NCBI GenBank assembly: GCA_965227775.1
Contig: OZ245777.1
Span: 800,001-864,000 of the forward strand
Source of the DNA: Phycisphaerales bacterium
GTDB taxonomy: Bacteria; Planctomycetota; Phycisphaerae; Phycisphaerales; UBA1924
Length of the DNA: 64,000 nt
Reading direction: 5' to 3'
This document shows positions 10,603 to 19,843 of this stretch, piece by piece. Both the position numbers and the translations under genes were made by a program. Within the stretch, counting starts at the first letter, position 1. The number at the start of each line of letters is the position of its first letter. The notes beneath the pieces were generated by a model, which ran no database searches, was not told where the DNA came from, and worked only from the letters and a program-made list of their open reading frames with translations.

Positions 10603-11472
10603 TCATCGTGCCGGCACGGGCAGTTCCAGCCGCTCGAGCACCTGCTTGAGGTCTTCCCACACCTTGCGGCGCGTGTCGGGCGTGTAGTTCCGAAGCAAGT
10701 AGGCCGGGTGGTACGTCGGCAGCACGTCGAAGCTCTTGCCCGACGGCGTAGCCATCGGCCACCACCGCCCCCGCAGATCGCGCATCGACATGGCCTGACC
10801 CGTGAGCAGCCTGGCCGACGGCAGGCCCAGGGCCACGATGGCCTCGGGATCGATCACCTCGATCTGCCGCATGAGGAACGGTGCGCTCGCCTCTGCCTCT
10901 TCGATGGTGGGCGTCGCGTTGTTGGGTGGACGCACCTTCAGGACGTTGGCGATGTAGACGTCCTCGCGCTTCAGGCCCATCGCGATGATCATCTGGTCGA
11001 GCTTCTGCCCAGCCCGGCCCACGAACGGCCGGCCGAGCCGGTCCTCGTCGGCCCCGGGGGCCTCGCCCACGAACATGATTCGGGCGCAAGGATCGCCCTC
11101 GCCGAACACGATCGTCGTGTGCGGGGTGCCCGTTGCCGCATGGGGTGCGGCCTGGGTGTAGTCCTTGAGAATCTCGGCGAGCCGCTGCTCGGCGACCTCG
11201 CGCGGGCTGCCGCTGGGGGCGGGCCGCTTCTTGGGCCTGGGCGCCTGGGCTTTGGCTTCTACCTGCGAGTCTGCCTTGGGCATCGGTCGCGTCTCCTGGG
11301 CGGCTGGCGTGGGACGAACGCGGCTCGGCTCTGGGGCAAAAACCTCGGCGGGCGCGGCGGCGACGGCCCGGCTTTGGACGCCCCACGCAACGCCGAGCTG
11401 GCCCCACGCGCGGGCGTCCTGGGCGACGATGCGCCGGATGGTCGCGGCGTCGGTGTTTGGCTGGTTGGTCAT
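10603..11472 (-). CDS. Uracil-DNA glycosylase, family 4
   Basis: Motifs VFGEG, MFVGEAPGADED, PFVGRAG, VYIANVLKVRPPNN and TYHPAYLLR. Confidence 0.92.
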   Translation of the reverse strand: MTNQPNTDAATIRRIVAQDARAWGQLGVAWGVQSRAVAAAPAEVFAPEPSRVRPTPAAQETRPMPKADSQVEAKAQAPRPKKRPAPSGSPREVAEQRLAEILKDYTQAAPHAATGTPHTTIVFGEGDPCARIMFVGEAPGADEDRLGRPFVGRAGQKLDQMIIAMGLKREDVYIANVLKVRPPNNATPTIEEAEASAPFLMRQIEVIDPEAIVALGLPSARLLTGQAMSMRDLRGRWWPMATPSGKSFDVLPTYHPAYLLRNYTPDTRRKVWEDLKQVLERLELPVPAR

Positions 11473-11476
11473 GGCG

Positions 11477-11686
11477 TCAGCGCCCCCGCCGCGTGCGATT
11501 GGCCCAGGCGCCGAATTCGATCACGCCCCGAATCAGCTCGCCCCGAGGCGGCGTGCCGCGGCCGAAGGCGGTCTGCCAGCGCCAGGAGTAGTAGGCCCCG
11601 CGGATGCGAAACTTCGCGACGATCGCCATCCGCACGAGTTCGTAGGCGGCCAGGGGCAGGTCTCGCAGCAATTGCCCGGTCGACAT
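11477..11686 (-). CDS. Small hypothetical protein (69 aa)
   Basis: Fills the gap between the epimerase stop (11687) and the UDG start on the same strand. Amphipathic, aromatic-rich sequence. Confidence 0.6.
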   Translation of the reverse strand: MSTGQLLRDLPLAAYELVRMAIVAKFRIRGAYYSWRWQTAFGRGTPPRGELIRGVIEFGAWANRTRRGR

Positions 11687-12775
11687 CTAGTGGCCGCCGC
11701 TCGAAGCGCCCGCCTCGCTCTGGGCCCGATGCCAGCCGATGGTCTCGGCCAGGCCTTCTCGAAGGCTCGTGAAGGGCTCGTAGCCCAGCAGGCCGCGTGC
11801 CCGGTCGATACTCGCCAGCGAGTGGCGGACCTCACCCTGGCGGGCGGGCTTGTGGTGCGGCTCGAGGTCGGCGGTGCTCGCGCCCGTTTCCTGGCTCACG
11901 ATCTCGCCCAACTGCTCGGCCAGGCGGTTCAAGCTCGTAGCCTGGCCCAGCCCCACGTTCGCGATGGCGCAGTCGGGCAGCGTGCCCGTCGCCCCCGCGA
12001 GCAGGTTCGCCAGCACGACGTTGGCGACGAAGGTGAAGTCCCGCGTCTGCTGACCATCGCCGAAGATGACCGGCGGTTCGCCCGCCAGCATTCGCGACGC
12101 GAAGGCGGGGATCACCGCGGCGTACGCCGAGTCTGCACGCTGCCGCGGGCCAAACACGTTGAAGTACCGCAGGGCGATGCTCTCGAGCCCATAGCAGCGG
12201 CTCCAGGTCGAGAGCAGGTGCTCGCCGGCCAGCTTGCTCGCGGCGTAGGGCGAGAGCGGGCTGGGGGGCATGTCCTCCTGGCAAGGCTCGCCCGAGCTCG
12301 ACCCGCGATCGCCGTAGATCGAGCTGGAACTCGAGTGCACGACGCGGCCACCGCCGGCCGCCCGGAGGGCCTCCAGCACGCGCAGGGTGCCGGTTGCGTT
12401 GACGTCCCACGCCCGGCCCGGCTGCTCGATCGAGAGCGGCACCGAGCCCACGGCGGCCATGTGGAACACCACCGGGCCGCGATCCGACCGCTTGCCCGCA
12501 GCGGAACCCACGCTGAACGCGTCGGCCATGGCCGAGGAATCGAGAATCGACCCATGCACGAACGCCACCCGATCGGGCTCGAGCTCGACGAGGTCGGCGA
12601 CGTACGCCGCGTTGGAGTTCGAGAGGTCGTCGATGACGCGGACGTTGGCGCCCAGCGAAACCAGGGCATCGACCAGATGGCTGCCGATGAAGCCGGCGCC
12701 GCCCGTGACCACCACGCGCCGGTGCTCATAGGCGGGACGCACGCTCGCGATTAGCTCTGAGGGGAAACGCAGCAC
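11687..12775 (-). CDS. NAD-dependent epimerase/dehydratase (extended SDR)
   Basis: TGGAGFIGSH, YAASK, LRYFNVFGPRQ and GDGQQTRDF. GTG start at 12775 inferred. Confidence 0.92.
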   Translation of the reverse strand: MLRFPSELIASVRPAYEHRRVVVTGGAGFIGSHLVDALVSLGANVRVIDDLSNSNAAYVADLVELEPDRVAFVHGSILDSSAMADAFSVGSAAGKRSDRGPVVFHMAAVGSVPLSIEQPGRAWDVNATGTLRVLEALRAAGGGRVVHSSSSSIYGDRGSSSGEPCQEDMPPSPLSPYAASKLAGEHLLSTWSRCYGLESIALRYFNVFGPRQRADSAYAAVIPAFASRMLAGEPPVIFGDGQQTRDFTFVANVVLANLLAGATGTLPDCAIANVGLGQATSLNRLAEQLGEIVSQETGASTADLEPHHKPARQGEVRHSLASIDRARGLLGYEPFTSLREGLAETIGWHRAQSEAGASSGGH

Positions 12776-12888
12776 TGCCCGTATCCTAACCGACGCAGCG
12801 ACCGAACCAAGCGGCAATTCTCGCCGGGAAATCGGGCCGCAACGGGCACGCTCACGAAACGCCAGCCATCCTTCCGATACGCTTCTTC

Positions 12889-14394
12889 GTGCCCGGTCAA
12901 GAGCAACCCAAGCTGCACGACGCGAGCGACCTGAGCGGCAAGGCCGTGGCCATGCTGGGCGTGGGCGGCGCGGGCATGAGCGCGCTCGCCCGGCTGCTCG
13001 CGACGATGGGAGCCTCGGTGCGAGGATACGACGCTGTCGGCTCGCCAATCACCGAGCGCCTGGCAGCCGAGGGGCTCGCCGTCGCGATCGGTGATGGGCG
13101 GGACGCAGCCGACGACGCCGACGTGCTCGTTGCGACCGCCGCCATCCCCGCTGATCATGCCGCCTTCGAAGCCGCGCGGCGGCGCGGCGTGCCCGTGCTG
13201 CGATACCCCGAGGCGCTCGGGCTGGTCATGCGAGGGCGCACGGGCGTGGCGGTCGCCGGCACCCACGGCAAGAGCACGACCGTCGCGATGCTGGGCGTCG
13301 CGATGGTCGACGCGGGGCTCGACCCCTCGGTGATCGCCGGCGCTGCGTGCAGCCAGTTGGCGTGTGGCGCACTTGCCGAACCGGGTGCATGGGCCGGCTC
13401 GCGCATGGGTGCCCCCACCATCCCGAACGGTTCGCGATTCGGCAAGCCCGGGCTGCTTGTCGCCGAGGCGTGCGAGTTCAACCGCTCGTTTCACAATCTA
13501 CGACCCACCATCGCGGGCATCGGCAACGTCGAGGCCGATCACTTGGACATCTACGGCAGCCTCGACGCGGTGGTTGAAGCGTTCGGCACGTTCGCGCAAT
13601 CACTCCCAGCGAGTGAGGACGGCGGCGTGCTGGTCATCGGGCACGACGGCGCGCACCGGCGCGAGGTCGTCGCGGGCGTGGCGGCGGACGTGCAGACGAT
13701 CGGCTTCAGCCCCGAGGCCGACTGGGTGGTTCGCTACGACCAAGACAACCACACGACCGAGGTGAGCCGCCGCGATGGCGCTTGGGGTCGCTGGCGGCAG
13801 CCCCTACCCGGCGCGCACAACGCCGCCAACGCCGCGATGGCCTTCTCCCTCGCGTGCGTTGCGGGCGGCGATCCCGCGATCGTCGCGCAGTCGCTCGGCG
13901 CGTTCGCTGGCCTTGAGCGACGCTTCCAGTTGCTCGGAGACCGGGCGGTCGAGGGCGGCACCGTCCGCGTCTATGACGACTACGGGCATCACCCAACCGA
14001 GGTGGATGCGACGCTGCGCGCCATTCGGCATGCCGAGCGGCCGCACGCCAACGGCGGTCGGCTCATCGTGGTGTTCCAGCCCCACCAGCACTCGCGCACA
14101 CGCTTCTTGCTCGACGAGTTCGCAACGGCGTTCTCGAGCGCCGACCTGGTCATCGTGCCGGAGATCTACTTCGTGCGCGATAGCGAGGCCGAGAAGCAGC
14201 GCGTCAACGCAGAAGACCTCGTCCAACGGCTGCATGATCGCGGCGTGCAGGCCGAGCACGCGCACCCGTTCGGCACGATCGTCGAGAAGCTGGAACGCGA
14301 ATGCCGGGCGGGCGATGTGGTTGTGGTCATGGGCGCGGGCCCGGTGTGGCAGGTGGCCCACGGCTACGCGTACGCGGCGGTGGCCCATGCCTGA
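12889..14394 (+). CDS. murC: UDP-N-acetylmuramate--L-alanine ligase
   Basis: GVGGAGMSALA, AGTHGKSTT, EACEF, DDYGHHPTE and FQPHQHSRT. Confidence 0.95.
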   Translation: MPGQEQPKLHDASDLSGKAVAMLGVGGAGMSALARLLATMGASVRGYDAVGSPITERLAAEGLAVAIGDGRDAADDADVLVATAAIPADHAAFEAARRRGVPVLRYPEALGLVMRGRTGVAVAGTHGKSTTVAMLGVAMVDAGLDPSVIAGAACSQLACGALAEPGAWAGSRMGAPTIPNGSRFGKPGLLVAEACEFNRSFHNLRPTIAGIGNVEADHLDIYGSLDAVVEAFGTFAQSLPASEDGGVLVIGHDGAHRREVVAGVAADVQTIGFSPEADWVVRYDQDNHTTEVSRRDGAWGRWRQPLPGAHNAANAAMAFSLACVAGGDPAIVAQSLGAFAGLERRFQLLGDRAVEGGTVRVYDDYGHHPTEVDATLRAIRHAERPHANGGRLIVVFQPHQHSRTRFLLDEFATAFSSADLVIVPEIYFVRDSEAEKQRVNAEDLVQRLHDRGVQAEHAHPFGTIVEKLERECRAGDVVVVMGAGPVWQVAHGYAYAAVAHA

Positions 14395-15289
14395 GACACT
14401 GCAGGTCGACATCCAGCACGACGCCACCATCGAGACATGGTTCGGCATCGGCGGAACGGCCGACCGCCTCGCGCGGCCCGCGAGCATGGAAGAGCTGCGA
14501 CAGTGCGTTGCGCTCGATCCTGACCTGAAGATCCTGGGCGAGGGCGCGAACCTGCTGGTCGCCGATGGCGGCGTGCGCGAGCTTGTCGTCTCGATGGAGC
14601 GGCTGAACGCGGTGTCGATCGGCGACGACGGCGTCGTGAGCGCGCAGGCGGGCGCAGATCTCATGCGGCTGATCAACGACACCGCTCGCGCGGGGTTCTC
14701 GGGCCTGCACACGCTGGCCGGGGTTCCCGCGAGCATCGGCGGCGCGGTGGCGATGAACGCCGGTGGCGCTTTCGGAAACACGTTCGACCACCTGCGCGAG
14801 ATCACGACGATCGATCGCAGCGGCGATGTCCGCACCGACCCCGCGTCAGCGTTCGATGCGCGGTATCGTGATGGCGGGCTCGATGGCCGCATTGTCGTCG
14901 AAGCCGTCTTCCAACTGGCGCGCGACGATCCAAAGGATGTGCGACAGCGCGTCAAGGACATCATGGCCAAGAAGAAGGCCAGCCAGCCGCTCGCGGCCGA
15001 TAGCGCCGGGTGCGTCTTCAAGAATCCGACGCTCGGCAACGACCTCCAAGGCATCGGTGGTGCCGGCCAGCGCGTCAGCGCAGGCATGCTCATCGATCGG
15101 GCCGGGTGCAAGGGGCTCACGCGCGGCGGTGCCAGCGTGAGCGAGCGGCACGCGAATTTTGTGGTTGTCGACAAAGCAACGGCGCGAGCGGCGGACGTGA
15201 TCGAGCTTATTGACGCGGTGCGGCAGCGTGTCGACGCCGCGTTTGGTGTGCAGTTGCAGACCGAAGTGGCCATCTGGGGCGAGCGATGA
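14387..15289 (+). CDS. murB: UDP-N-acetylenolpyruvoylglucosamine reductase
   Basis: GIGGTAD, LGEGANLLV, GVPASIGGAVAMNAG, SAGCVFKNP and HANF. Its start overlaps the end of murC. Confidence 0.93.
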   Translation: MPETLQVDIQHDATIETWFGIGGTADRLARPASMEELRQCVALDPDLKILGEGANLLVADGGVRELVVSMERLNAVSIGDDGVVSAQAGADLMRLINDTARAGFSGLHTLAGVPASIGGAVAMNAGGAFGNTFDHLREITTIDRSGDVRTDPASAFDARYRDGGLDGRIVVEAVFQLARDDPKDVRQRVKDIMAKKKASQPLAADSAGCVFKNPTLGNDLQGIGGAGQRVSAGMLIDRAGCKGLTRGGASVSERHANFVVVDKATARAADVIELIDAVRQRVDAAFGVQLQTEVAIWGER

Positions 15290-16239
15290 GTGGCGAAGTG
15301 GTGCTGGTGCTTGGTGGTGGGCCCGATGCCGAGCATCCGGTGAGCGTGGACAGCAGCACGGCCGTGGCGCGGGCGATCAACGACAGCGGGCGGTACGCGG
15401 CCGACCTGCGCATCTTCGATCGGCTGACACTCGACGAGCTGCGCATGCTGCCGGGCGACGTAGTGTTCCCCGTACTCCACGGGCCGTGGGGCGAGGGCGG
15501 GCCGATGCAGCGGCTGCTCGAAGCCGATGGCAGGCCATTTGTCGGCTGCGGCTCGCGGGCTGCGCGCGTGGCGATCGACAAGCTGCACACCAAGCAGGCC
15601 GCGCTCGCGCTGGGCATCGCCACAGCGCCCGCATCGATCCTGCACCCCCTCGATGACGTACCGCCGATCGACCTGCCGCTGGTGCTCAAGCCCGTGCACG
15701 AAGGCTCGAGCGTGGGCCTTGCCATTTGTACCACGATGGACCAGTGGCACGCCGGTCTGCACGGTGCCCGCGCCGCGCTGGCATCGGGCGTTACGACGGC
15801 GTTCATGGTCGAGCCCATGACCAAGGGCCGCGAGCTGACCGTCGGTATCGTGGCGGGCGAGGCGCTGCCGATCGTGGAGATCGCGCCGGCCGATGGCGTG
15901 TACGACTACGCCGCCAAGTATGCCCGCGACGATACGAGGTACGTCGTTGACCCGCCGCTGCCCGAGGGTGCGGCACACGCCATGCAACGCGATGCCCTGA
16001 AGCTCGCGCAAGCCCTCAGCTGTGCAACGCTGGCGCGTGTCGACTTCATGCTCGACGAGGAGCGCAGGCCCATGCTGCTCGAGGCGAACACCATGCCAGG
16101 ATTTACCAGCCACTCGCTGCTGCCGATGGCCGCCGCGCGCACCGGGTTGGCGATGCCCTCGTTGTGCGCGAAGCTGGTCGATGACGCCCTGGCTCGCCAC
16201 GCAACCGATCCCGCCGCCCGACGCGTCGTACGCTCCTGA
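15286..16239 (+). CDS. ddl: D-alanine--D-alanine ligase
   Basis: GGGPDAEHPVS, LHGPWGEGG, KPVHEGSSVG, YDYAAKY, RVDF and EANTMPGFT. Confidence 0.95.
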   Translation: MSGEVVLVLGGGPDAEHPVSVDSSTAVARAINDSGRYAADLRIFDRLTLDELRMLPGDVVFPVLHGPWGEGGPMQRLLEADGRPFVGCGSRAARVAIDKLHTKQAALALGIATAPASILHPLDDVPPIDLPLVLKPVHEGSSVGLAICTTMDQWHAGLHGARAALASGVTTAFMVEPMTKGRELTVGIVAGEALPIVEIAPADGVYDYAAKYARDDTRYVVDPPLPEGAAHAMQRDALKLAQALSCATLARVDFMLDEERRPMLLEANTMPGFTSHSLLPMAAARTGLAMPSLCAKLVDDALARHATDPAARRVVRS

Positions 16240-16243
16240 AGCC

Positions 16244-17269
16244 ATGCCACGAAAAGCCGCACCAAAGAAGAACGCCCGCAAGGGCAGGGCGAAGGCCGCA
16301 AAGGACTCGGGGCCGTTGCTGCCCGAGGGCTCGACGCGCAAGCTCGTGTTCGCGGGCATCGGGCTGGTGCTTGCCACCGGCGTCGTACTTGGCGCGGGGC
16401 TGGGCATCCCGGCGCTGGGACGCCAGGCCGCGACGCGCATCAATGAGCAGTCTGATTCGATCTTCATCCAGCTCACGCCGCCGGGGTGGATGCCCCAGCA
16501 GACCTACGACGCCATCATGGACCGGGCCGAGGCGGCGTACCGCTCGTCCGCCAGCGACCTTGGCGCCATGGCGGCGTTGCGACCCGAGCCGCTGCAAGCC
16601 GTGCAGGAAGCCATGGCCGCGACCGGCTGGGCCGCGAGCACACCCATCGTGACACGCCAGCGCCCGACGCGCACGGACGATGCGGGCGAGGGCCCGGGCC
16701 GAAACGACATCGTGATCGAGATGGACTGGCGGCGGCCCGTCGCGGTCGTGCGGTCGGCGGCGTTCCAGGACGGTTCCAGGCCCGGCCTGCGCGACACCGC
16801 GATCGACGCGAATGGCGACGTGCTGCCGCTGAGCGGCGCGCCCGAGAGCTTCCCGGGGTTGAAGGTCATCCTGAACCCCGGCCGCATGCCCACGCCCACC
16901 GACGCACGCGACGTGAACCCGACCTGGCCAGGCCAGGACATCCGCGATGCCATCGCGCTGCTTGCCCTGTTGCAGACAGAGCCGTTCGCCGTGCAGATCA
17001 CGGGCGTCGACCTTGCCGAACACGGCGAGGGGCAGCGGCTGCTGATCGTCACGACGACGGGCGGGCGCGTTGTCTGGGGCGCACCGACCGGGGGCGAGGG
17101 CGTGTATCGCGGCGAGGTAACCGACGAACGCAAGCTCGCAAACCTGCGCAGCCTTGTGGACGCGACGGGCCAGCTCGACGGCGGACAAGAACGCGTCGAG
17201 ATCCACTGGCCGGGCACCGTGCTCATCGGCGACGACGCGGCGCGGGGAGGCGCCGGGGGCCGGCCGTGA
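16244..17269 (+). CDS. FtsQ/DivIB-like bitopic membrane protein (divergent)
   Basis: Basic cytoplasmic N-terminus, one TM helix and a 'WRRPVAVV' motif like the one after the FtsQ POTRA domain. It sits in the canonical position after ddl. Confidence 0.6.
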   Translation: MPRKAAPKKNARKGRAKAAKDSGPLLPEGSTRKLVFAGIGLVLATGVVLGAGLGIPALGRQAATRINEQSDSIFIQLTPPGWMPQQTYDAIMDRAEAAYRSSASDLGAMAALRPEPLQAVQEAMAATGWAASTPIVTRQRPTRTDDAGEGPGRNDIVIEMDWRRPVAVVRSAAFQDGSRPGLRDTAIDANGDVLPLSGAPESFPGLKVILNPGRMPTPTDARDVNPTWPGQDIRDAIALLALLQTEPFAVQITGVDLAEHGEGQRLLIVTTTGGRVVWGAPTGGEGVYRGEVTDERKLANLRSLVDATGQLDGGQERVEIHWPGTVLIGDDAARGGAGGRP

Positions 17270-18267
17270 GCGACGCGGACCAACTCGACCAGCCGCCCGC
17301 TCCGCCCCCACCGCTGCCCGAGCCCGGGCCACAAGAGCCCGCGAAGAAGCCGCCGAAGAAGGACAAGTGGGCCCACCGCCGCGCCGAGCCGCGCACGCTG
17401 GCGTTCTTGTGGGCCATGTACATCCTGATCGCCGGTCTGCTGACCATCGGCGTGCTGCTCGTGCGCGGCCCGTGGGCGCTGCTGGACAAGACCGTGTACC
17501 AGTACGCCGCCCGCACCATGCTGGTGTGCGTGGCGGTCGGGCTCTCGCTGCTCTGGCCGATGGTGCGACTCAGCCAGAGCGTGCCGCTGCGAGACCGGCC
17601 GGCGTCGGCGATCTTCAAGGACATGCTCGTGCTGCTGCCGCCCGTGCAAGCAGTGATATGGGCGCAGGCGGCGGCCCGCGCGGGCTGGGCGTTCGATCTC
17701 ATTGCGGCCATGGCGGTGAGCATGGTCGCCTGGCCCATGCTCGCGGGCGCGGCGCTGGCCGTACTGCTGCGGCCGCGGCCTGGGCAATACCCCGAGCAGA
17801 CCTACGACACCGGGACGGTGTTTGCCGGCGCGCTCGGTCCGGGCGTGATGGCCCGCACGCTGGCGATGTCGCTCTTCGCTGTTGCCGCGCTCGCACCGCT
17901 GCTCACCCTCCGCACTGGACCGGCGTGGGGCGCGATGCTCAGCCCCATCTCGGCCGTGCTCGACCTGACCCAGAGCCGCGGCGTGGGCCCTACGACGAGC
18001 TCGGTGACCGACGGCCGGTGGGAGGCGCTGGTGGCCCAGGTGGTGCTCGCGTGCGTTGCTTGGCTGGTGCTGATCATCGCGGGGAACCGACCGAATACGC
18101 TCCAAACGCCAGCGGGTGGCCCGCCGCCAGCAGGGCCCATAGCATCGCCCAGCACCCCGCGAGGCCCGGGCACTATGCCCCACGCCCGCGGGGATCGTCT
18201 TTCGGGCACGGCGTCCGTACCCGCAGAAGCGATCGAGCAGCACGCGCGCACACAGGAAGGGCGCCCG
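17266..18267 (+). CDS. Polytopic membrane protein whose reading frame continues without a stop into greA
   Basis: GTG start overlaps the stop of the ftsQ-like gene (GTGA). About 6 hydrophobic helices. No in-frame stop before 18747. Confidence 0.65.
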
Positions 18268-18747
18268 ATGGACTACATGACCGCCGAAGAGAGGGTCAAG
18301 ATCAAGGCCCGGCTGGACGAACTCATCGCCAATCGTCCCAAGATCACCGAGCGCATCGCCGAGGCTCGCGCGCTGGGCGACCTGAAAGAGAACGCCGAGT
18401 ACCACAGCGCCCGCGAGCTCCAGGGCATGGAAGAGGCCGAGATCCGCCGGCTGGAGGATCGCCTCGAGAACGCCAAGATCGTCGATGACGGCCTTGCGAA
18501 GGACGCCCAGGTCGCGTTCCTGGGTTCGATGGTCAAGATCCAGGAAGTCGCCGAGAGCGGACCGGTCGGCGAGGCCGAGATGGTCAAGCTCGTGGGCGAA
18601 TTCTCCGAAGACCCGCCCGACGACTACGACGAGGTGACCGCCAACAGCCCCATGGGCACCGCCCTCATGAAGGCCCGTGTGGGCGAGACCGTCCGCGTGG
18701 ACGCGCCGCGCGGCACCAAGCGCTTCGAGATCCTCGAGATCTCGTAG
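18268..18747 (+). CDS. greA: Transcription elongation factor GreA
   Basis: [15 protein letters not shown] and [23 protein letters not shown]-like sequence upstream of the ATG at 18268. Confidence 0.92.
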   Translation: MDYMTAEERVKIKARLDELIANRPKITERIAEARALGDLKENAEYHSARELQGMEEAEIRRLEDRLENAKIVDDGLAKDAQVAFLGSMVKIQEVAESGPVGEAEMVKLVGEFSEDPPDDYDEVTANSPMGTALMKARVGETVRVDAPRGTKRFEILEIS

Positions 18748-18874
18748 TCGGAATCACCCACACTCCATCGCAGCCAACGAAATCGCCACCGCCAGATGCC
18801 CAACGAATGGGCATCCTGGTTGGGTGGCCTCTGCGCCGGCCCGCTCGATCCGTCTACTCGTGGAGGACTCTGCA

Positions 18875-19747
18875 ATGACCCGCCGTCGGCCCATGACTCG
18901 TCGCTCGCGTCGCTTCGCCCGCCCCGCAAGCCTGCTTGCCGCGTTGACCGCGACCGCAGCGCTCACGGCCGGCTGCACGGTCGGTGCTACGCCGCGCGCG
19001 ATCTCGCCCACGGCGTTGGCCGTCTCGATGCCAGACGTGGAAACGCTGGGGGTTGAAGTCAGCAGCGTCAACGGCCGCATCGTTATCGCGCAAGACCCCT
19101 CGTTCGGCGATGCCGTTGTGTCGGCCGAAGCGAGACTGACCAGCGACGAGCGCGCCGAGCAGTTCTCGATCGAGACCGTGATGGAGAACGGCACGCTTCG
19201 CGTCCGGCCGCTGTGGCCCGACGGCAAGCGGATGGACAACGAGTCGTGCAGCATCGAGATCACCGCGCCGAGCATCGTCGATGTCGACGCGCGGACGAGC
19301 AACGGCTCGGTCCGGCTGACCGGCGGCTCGGGTAAGACCGTAATCAAGTCTTCCAACGGCAGCGTGACCATCAAGGACCGCGAAGGCACGCTCTCGGCCC
19401 GCACGAGCAACGGAAGGATAACGGTCGAGGGTGGGGCGGGCCCGCTCGACGTCGCATCGTCCAATGGCTCGATCACGATCAAGCACTTTGGCCCCGGCCG
19501 CGATGCTCCCTACCAGTGGCGCGCGGCGACGAGCAATGGCAGCATCCGCATCGAGTTGCCCGAGCCGCCGTCCGGCCGCGTTCGCGCTTCGACGTCCAAC
19601 AGCAAGGTTCGCGTGTTCCGGCGAGATTCCAGTGGAGCGCAGACCGAACTGCTCGCATCGCGCAGCATCGACCTCGAACTTGGTTCGGGCACGAGCGACA
19701 TCGTGCTGAGCACAAGCAACGGCTCGATCGTGGTCGTCACGCCCTAG
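18875..19747 (+). CDS. DUF4097-like beta-strand-repeat lipoprotein (putative adhesin)
   Basis: Lipobox TAGC and repeated T/S-SNG-S/R-I/V units. Confidence 0.75.
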   Translation: MTRRRPMTRRSRRFARPASLLAALTATAALTAGCTVGATPRAISPTALAVSMPDVETLGVEVSSVNGRIVIAQDPSFGDAVVSAEARLTSDERAEQFSIETVMENGTLRVRPLWPDGKRMDNESCSIEITAPSIVDVDARTSNGSVRLTGGSGKTVIKSSNGSVTIKDREGTLSARTSNGRITVEGGAGPLDVASSNGSITIKHFGPGRDAPYQWRAATSNGSIRIELPEPPSGRVRASTSNSKVRVFRRDSSGAQTELLASRSIDLELGSGTSDIVLSTSNGSIVVVTP

Positions 19748-19776
19748 GCCGAGAAGCCCGAGTGAACCCAACAAGA

Positions 19777-19814
19777 ACGCGGCGATCGGGTGGCATGCCA
19801 ACCGATCGCCGCGT
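19777..19814. terminator. Hairpin between convergent genes
   Basis: 13-bp inverted repeat ACGCGGCGATCGG/CCGATCGCCGCGT. Confidence 0.65.
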
Positions 19815-19843
19815 GCGTCTGTGGGGCGAGTCTCGAGAATCGA

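Noticed and set aside
13804..16476. 890-aa minus-strand ORF, and similar long shadows such as 16504-18405, 43196-44842 and 57973-59643
   Set aside because: Antisense to clearly identified genes (murC/murB/ddl and others) and carry no recognisable domains.
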